From the IMG/VR virus record IMGVR_UViG_3300036987_000137, positions 1 to 38,578 of that record: 38,578 nucleotides of DNA; one strand, given 5' to 3'. The translations under genes and the position numbers were made by a program. Below are positions 35,950 to 38,578 of this stretch, piece after piece. Position 1 is the stretch's first letter, and every line of letters starts with the position of its first letter. The DNA is from a virus (Duplodnaviria; Caudoviricetes). Under the pieces are notes generated by a model. That model had not been told where the DNA came from, did no database searches, and was given only the letters and a program-made list of their open reading frames with translations.

Positions 35950-37638
35950 GTGCGTCGCTTTCAGCCAGAATATTGGACCGTTAATTCCAACGTGGAGGCG
36001 TCGGCGGCGCTGACGACGCCGGCGCAGGATGCGCTGACGGTCGCTCTGATCTTTCGCTCCACCAATGATCTCGTGGGACTGATCTGGGAATGCGACGATG
36101 CGATCTCGCATCCGCTGTGCCGCTATGAGAGCGCCCACGATTTCAGCGTCGCCGCTCTCGAGTTCGATTTCGAGATGGTCGGCGTCGCCTCCATGCTCTC
36201 CGAACGCCCGCCGACCTTCACGGTCGAGCACCTCGACGAATCGTTAAGCTATGTGCGGCCGGCGGCCTATGCGACGGACATGGCCGACGACGGCATGTCC
36301 GGACATATCCGGTTGGAGTTCTCGCAGGTCGGCGGCGGCTGGGAAGGGACGGAGCCTGTCGACTGGACAAGCGTCAAGCGGATGTTTCTCTCGCTCATCC
36401 CAGAGGATTACGAACTCCCGGCCGATCCGCCGGCTCTCACGCCGCTCGCCGAAGAGGTCGTCGCCCATTTTTCCATGAGCAACATTAGCGTCGAAGGTCC
36501 TGATCTCTTCAAATGGCGCGCCGGGGTCGCGCCGCATAGGCTCGGCATGACAGACGGCTACGACGACTCCTATCACCTTGCGCCAAAGCGCATCGTCGAC
36601 GCCGCCTATGATCTCGGCTACTGCGGCTGGTATAACGTCTATATTGGGCTCTCGCACCATCACGCGGTTGCTTGGTCGGAGAGCGAAGAGCGCTTCATCG
36701 TCGATATCGGCAAGCCGGTCATCAATTCGGCGGCCCGCGCCTGGTGGGACGATCTCGTCGTCAATCTCGTCGCCAAAGGGTTCGAGAAGATCGTGGTCTC
36801 GATCTCCTATGAGATCATCCATTATCGGATGCCGCTCGCCTGGCGGCAGCTCGATCATTTGGGCAATCCCGGCCGCTCCGGCTGGAATCCTCCGTCAGAG
36901 TTCATCTCGCCGTGCAACACGCAGGCGCTCGATTACCTCACGGCCTGCGCCGACTATCTGCTCGGGCGAGTCGTCGCGCTCGGCGGCGAGGCGTATTTTC
37001 AGATCGGTGAGCCCTGGTGGTGGGACAATTCCTACGTCGTCTCTGGAGGACCCTGCTTCTACGATCCGGCGACGCTCGCCGCCTATACGGCCGAGACCGG
37101 CTTGTCAGTTCCAGCGCCCTTTCTGGCTAGCACCTCTTCAGACTTCAGCGCGCCGGCGCAGAGCGCTTTCGTTCATTGGCTCGGCGGCAAGCTCGGAGAG
37201 TCGACGCTCTACATCCGCGACGCCGTCAGGGCGCTTCAGCCTTCGGTCAAGACGATGATTCTCGTCTTCACGCCGCAGGTGTTTTCGCGACCCATGCTAA
37301 AGATCGTCAATCTGCCCGTCGCGCATTGGGCGCATCCAGCCTTCGACATCCTGCAGATCGAGGATTACGACTGGGTCATCGCCGCCGATTGGGCGAAGCA
37401 TGAGACCACTTACGAGACAGGCTTCGCGACGCTCGGCTACCCACCAGCCCAGACCCAATATTTCAGCGGCTTCGTTCTGAACGCCGGGGACGCGGAGTGG
37501 GTGTGGCCGCGCATCTTCCTTTGCATTCGCGAGGGCTATGCACGCGTTTCTCAAACTTGGGTTTGGGCGCGCCCACAAATCTGGCGAGAAGGGATCATTT
37601 GGCAAGACGCCGAGATGATCACCGTCCAGGGCGACTAG
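35950..37638 (+). CDS. 'Non-contractile tail sheath'-like / glycoside-hydrolase-fold protein
   Basis: RFQP.YWTV, DLVGLIWE..D...HPL..YE, GYDDSY...P.R, Y.G.SH, FQIGEPWWW, FDILQIEDYDWV; recalled from phiCbK-like and GTA-cluster proteins. Confidence 0.65.
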   Translation: MRRFQPEYWTVNSNVEASAALTTPAQDALTVALIFRSTNDLVGLIWECDDAISHPLCRYESAHDFSVAALEFDFEMVGVASMLSERPPTFTVEHLDESLSYVRPAAYATDMADDGMSGHIRLEFSQVGGGWEGTEPVDWTSVKRMFLSLIPEDYELPADPPALTPLAEEVVAHFSMSNISVEGPDLFKWRAGVAPHRLGMTDGYDDSYHLAPKRIVDAAYDLGYCGWYNVYIGLSHHHAVAWSESEERFIVDIGKPVINSAARAWWDDLVVNLVAKGFEKIVVSISYEIIHYRMPLAWRQLDHLGNPGRSGWNPPSEFISPCNTQALDYLTACADYLLGRVVALGGEAYFQIGEPWWWDNSYVVSGGPCFYDPATLAAYTAETGLSVPAPFLASTSSDFSAPAQSAFVHWLGGKLGESTLYIRDAVRALQPSVKTMILVFTPQVFSRPMLKIVNLPVAHWAHPAFDILQIEDYDWVIAADWAKHETTYETGFATLGYPPAQTQYFSGFVLNAGDAEWVWPRIFLCIREGYARVSQTWVWARPQIWREGIIWQDAEMITVQGD

Positions 37639-37657
37639 CTGACACCTTTCTCCTCAT

Positions 37658-37700
37658 GAAAAATTTCGTGGCCAAATACGACGGCGAGCCCTCGTAGGGT
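37658..37700 (+). promoter_or_regulatory. Late promoter 3 (sheath/tube operon)
   Basis: GAAAAATTTCGTGGCCAA - 19 nt - TAGGGT. Confidence 0.7.
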
Positions 37701-37750
37701 GCGGCGCGTTTGATCGGGCGTCAAGCGAGGTTTTGCAAGCGAGGTTTTGA

Positions 37751-38578
37751 ATGCCTGCGACCACTCCCAATGTCGGCGTGAGGACGTTCCTCGACCGGAC
37801 CGACAAGGTTCCTTTTCTCATCGCCGACATGTCGACGATCGGCGGCGTGTTCACGCCGGGAACGGGCATTGACCGCTCGAAATTCCCCGTCGATACGCCT
37901 GTCCATTTCACGACGAGCGATACGGAGATGGTCACCGCGGCCGGCACCGGCACGCTCAAGCAACTTATCGAGGCCTGCAACTACTCCGGCATCGTCGCGT
38001 CGATCGTCGCCTGTGTGCCCGACATTCTGGTCGCCGACACCGCCGATCAGAAGATGACGAAGATGGTTGGCGACTCCGTCGCCAAGACCGGCGCCTGGGC
38101 GATGATGGCGGCGCACGGTGAAACCGGCGTCGTGCCCGATCTCTTGATCGCGCCCGACTTTGCGCATCTGCGGCCGGGTAGCGCCGCCAATCCGATCATC
38201 ACGGCCTTCGACGCCATCTGCGAGCGCCTGATCACGCCGCTGGCGATCGCCGACACGCCTTCGGCCGACAAAACCGTGGCGGCCGAATGGGCGGCCGACT
38301 GGGCCGATACGCTCAACGTCATCTGCTGCGGCCAGGGCGCGCGCGTCTCGGAAGCCGGCCTGCCGGTCACCCGCGCGAGCGCCCCCTATATCGCCGCGCT
38401 GATGGCGAAGACCGACAAGCAGATGGGCGGTCCCTACTACAACCCCGGCAATCAGCCGCTCGGCATTCTCGGGCCTTCGCGCGCCGTCGAGTGCAATTAC
38501 ACCGACCCGGACAGCGAGCATAACTGGCTCCTGCAGCGCGGCGTCAACACGATCGTGCAGCTGGAAAAAAACCGCACC
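37751..38578 (+). CDS. Contractile tail sheath protein, 3'-truncated by the window end
   Basis: MPATTPNVGV..., FPVDTPV, KTG.WA......G..P.LLIAP.F, A.AD.P, AAL.A..D...G.PY.NP.NQ, N.L...GVNTIV. Confidence 0.85.
   Translation, partial: MPATTPNVGVRTFLDRTDKVPFLIADMSTIGGVFTPGTGIDRSKFPVDTPVHFTTSDTEMVTAAGTGTLKQLIEACNYSGIVASIVACVPDILVADTADQKMTKMVGDSVAKTGAWAMMAAHGETGVVPDLLIAPDFAHLRPGSAANPIITAFDAICERLITPLAIADTPSADKTVAAEWAADWADTLNVICCGQGARVSEAGLPVTRASAPYIAALMAKTDKQMGGPYYNPGNQPLGILGPSRAVECNYTDPDSEHNWLLQRGVNTIVQLEKNRT

Larger units (their letters stand above)
106..38578 (+). mobile_element. Mu-like transposable prophage (myovirus type); right part extends beyond the window
   Basis: 5'-TG terminus with repeated boxes, MuA/MuB-like genes, Ner, Gam, GemA, Mor, Mu gp27-30-like packaging genes, Mu protease and contractile-tail genes; no integrase. 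Confidence 0.95.

Noticed and set aside
11347-38521. Long minus-strand ORFs (e.g. 11347-12456, 19417-20913, 23871-25034, 30460-31542, 37721-38521)
   Set aside because: Antisense shadows of GC-rich plus-strand genes that have clear phage motifs; no independent evidence of coding.

Overview
The window holds the left ~38.5 kb of a Mu-like transposable prophage in a GC-rich, probably alphaproteobacterial host (host assignment is inference). Bases 1-83 are host DNA: the 5' half of a tRNA (probably Phe) and its sigma70 promoter. The prophage begins at a 5'-TG end at 106, marked by three repeated transposase-binding-like boxes. A left-end accessory region follows, with a ~450-550 nt non-coding segment full of nested helices and ending in a UUCG terminator, then a HEPN/MtlR-like gene with an RxxxxH motif and a convergent membrane-protein gene. 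The rest runs in order: a CI-like repressor/Ner switch with three operators; early genes (ParB-like, MuA-like DDE transposase, MuB-like ATPase, DnaA-CTD protein, Gam, GemA, DNA methyltransferase, Mor/C activator); lysis genes (RlpA-like, amidase, Rz/Rz1); Mu-like head genes (terminase, portal, MuF with a nuclease-like extension, protease/scaffold, capsid) with an embedded tRNA-Met(CAT); a P2-like baseplate; two fibre genes sharing a tip domain; and a tail sheath cut off by the window end. Three late promoters with identical internal spacing are readable directly from the sequence. The best candidate for an undescribed system is the structured RNA + terminator + HEPN RNase (+ membrane protein) cassette at about 450-2300. 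All family calls come from motif recognition by eye; no database search or folding calculation was run.
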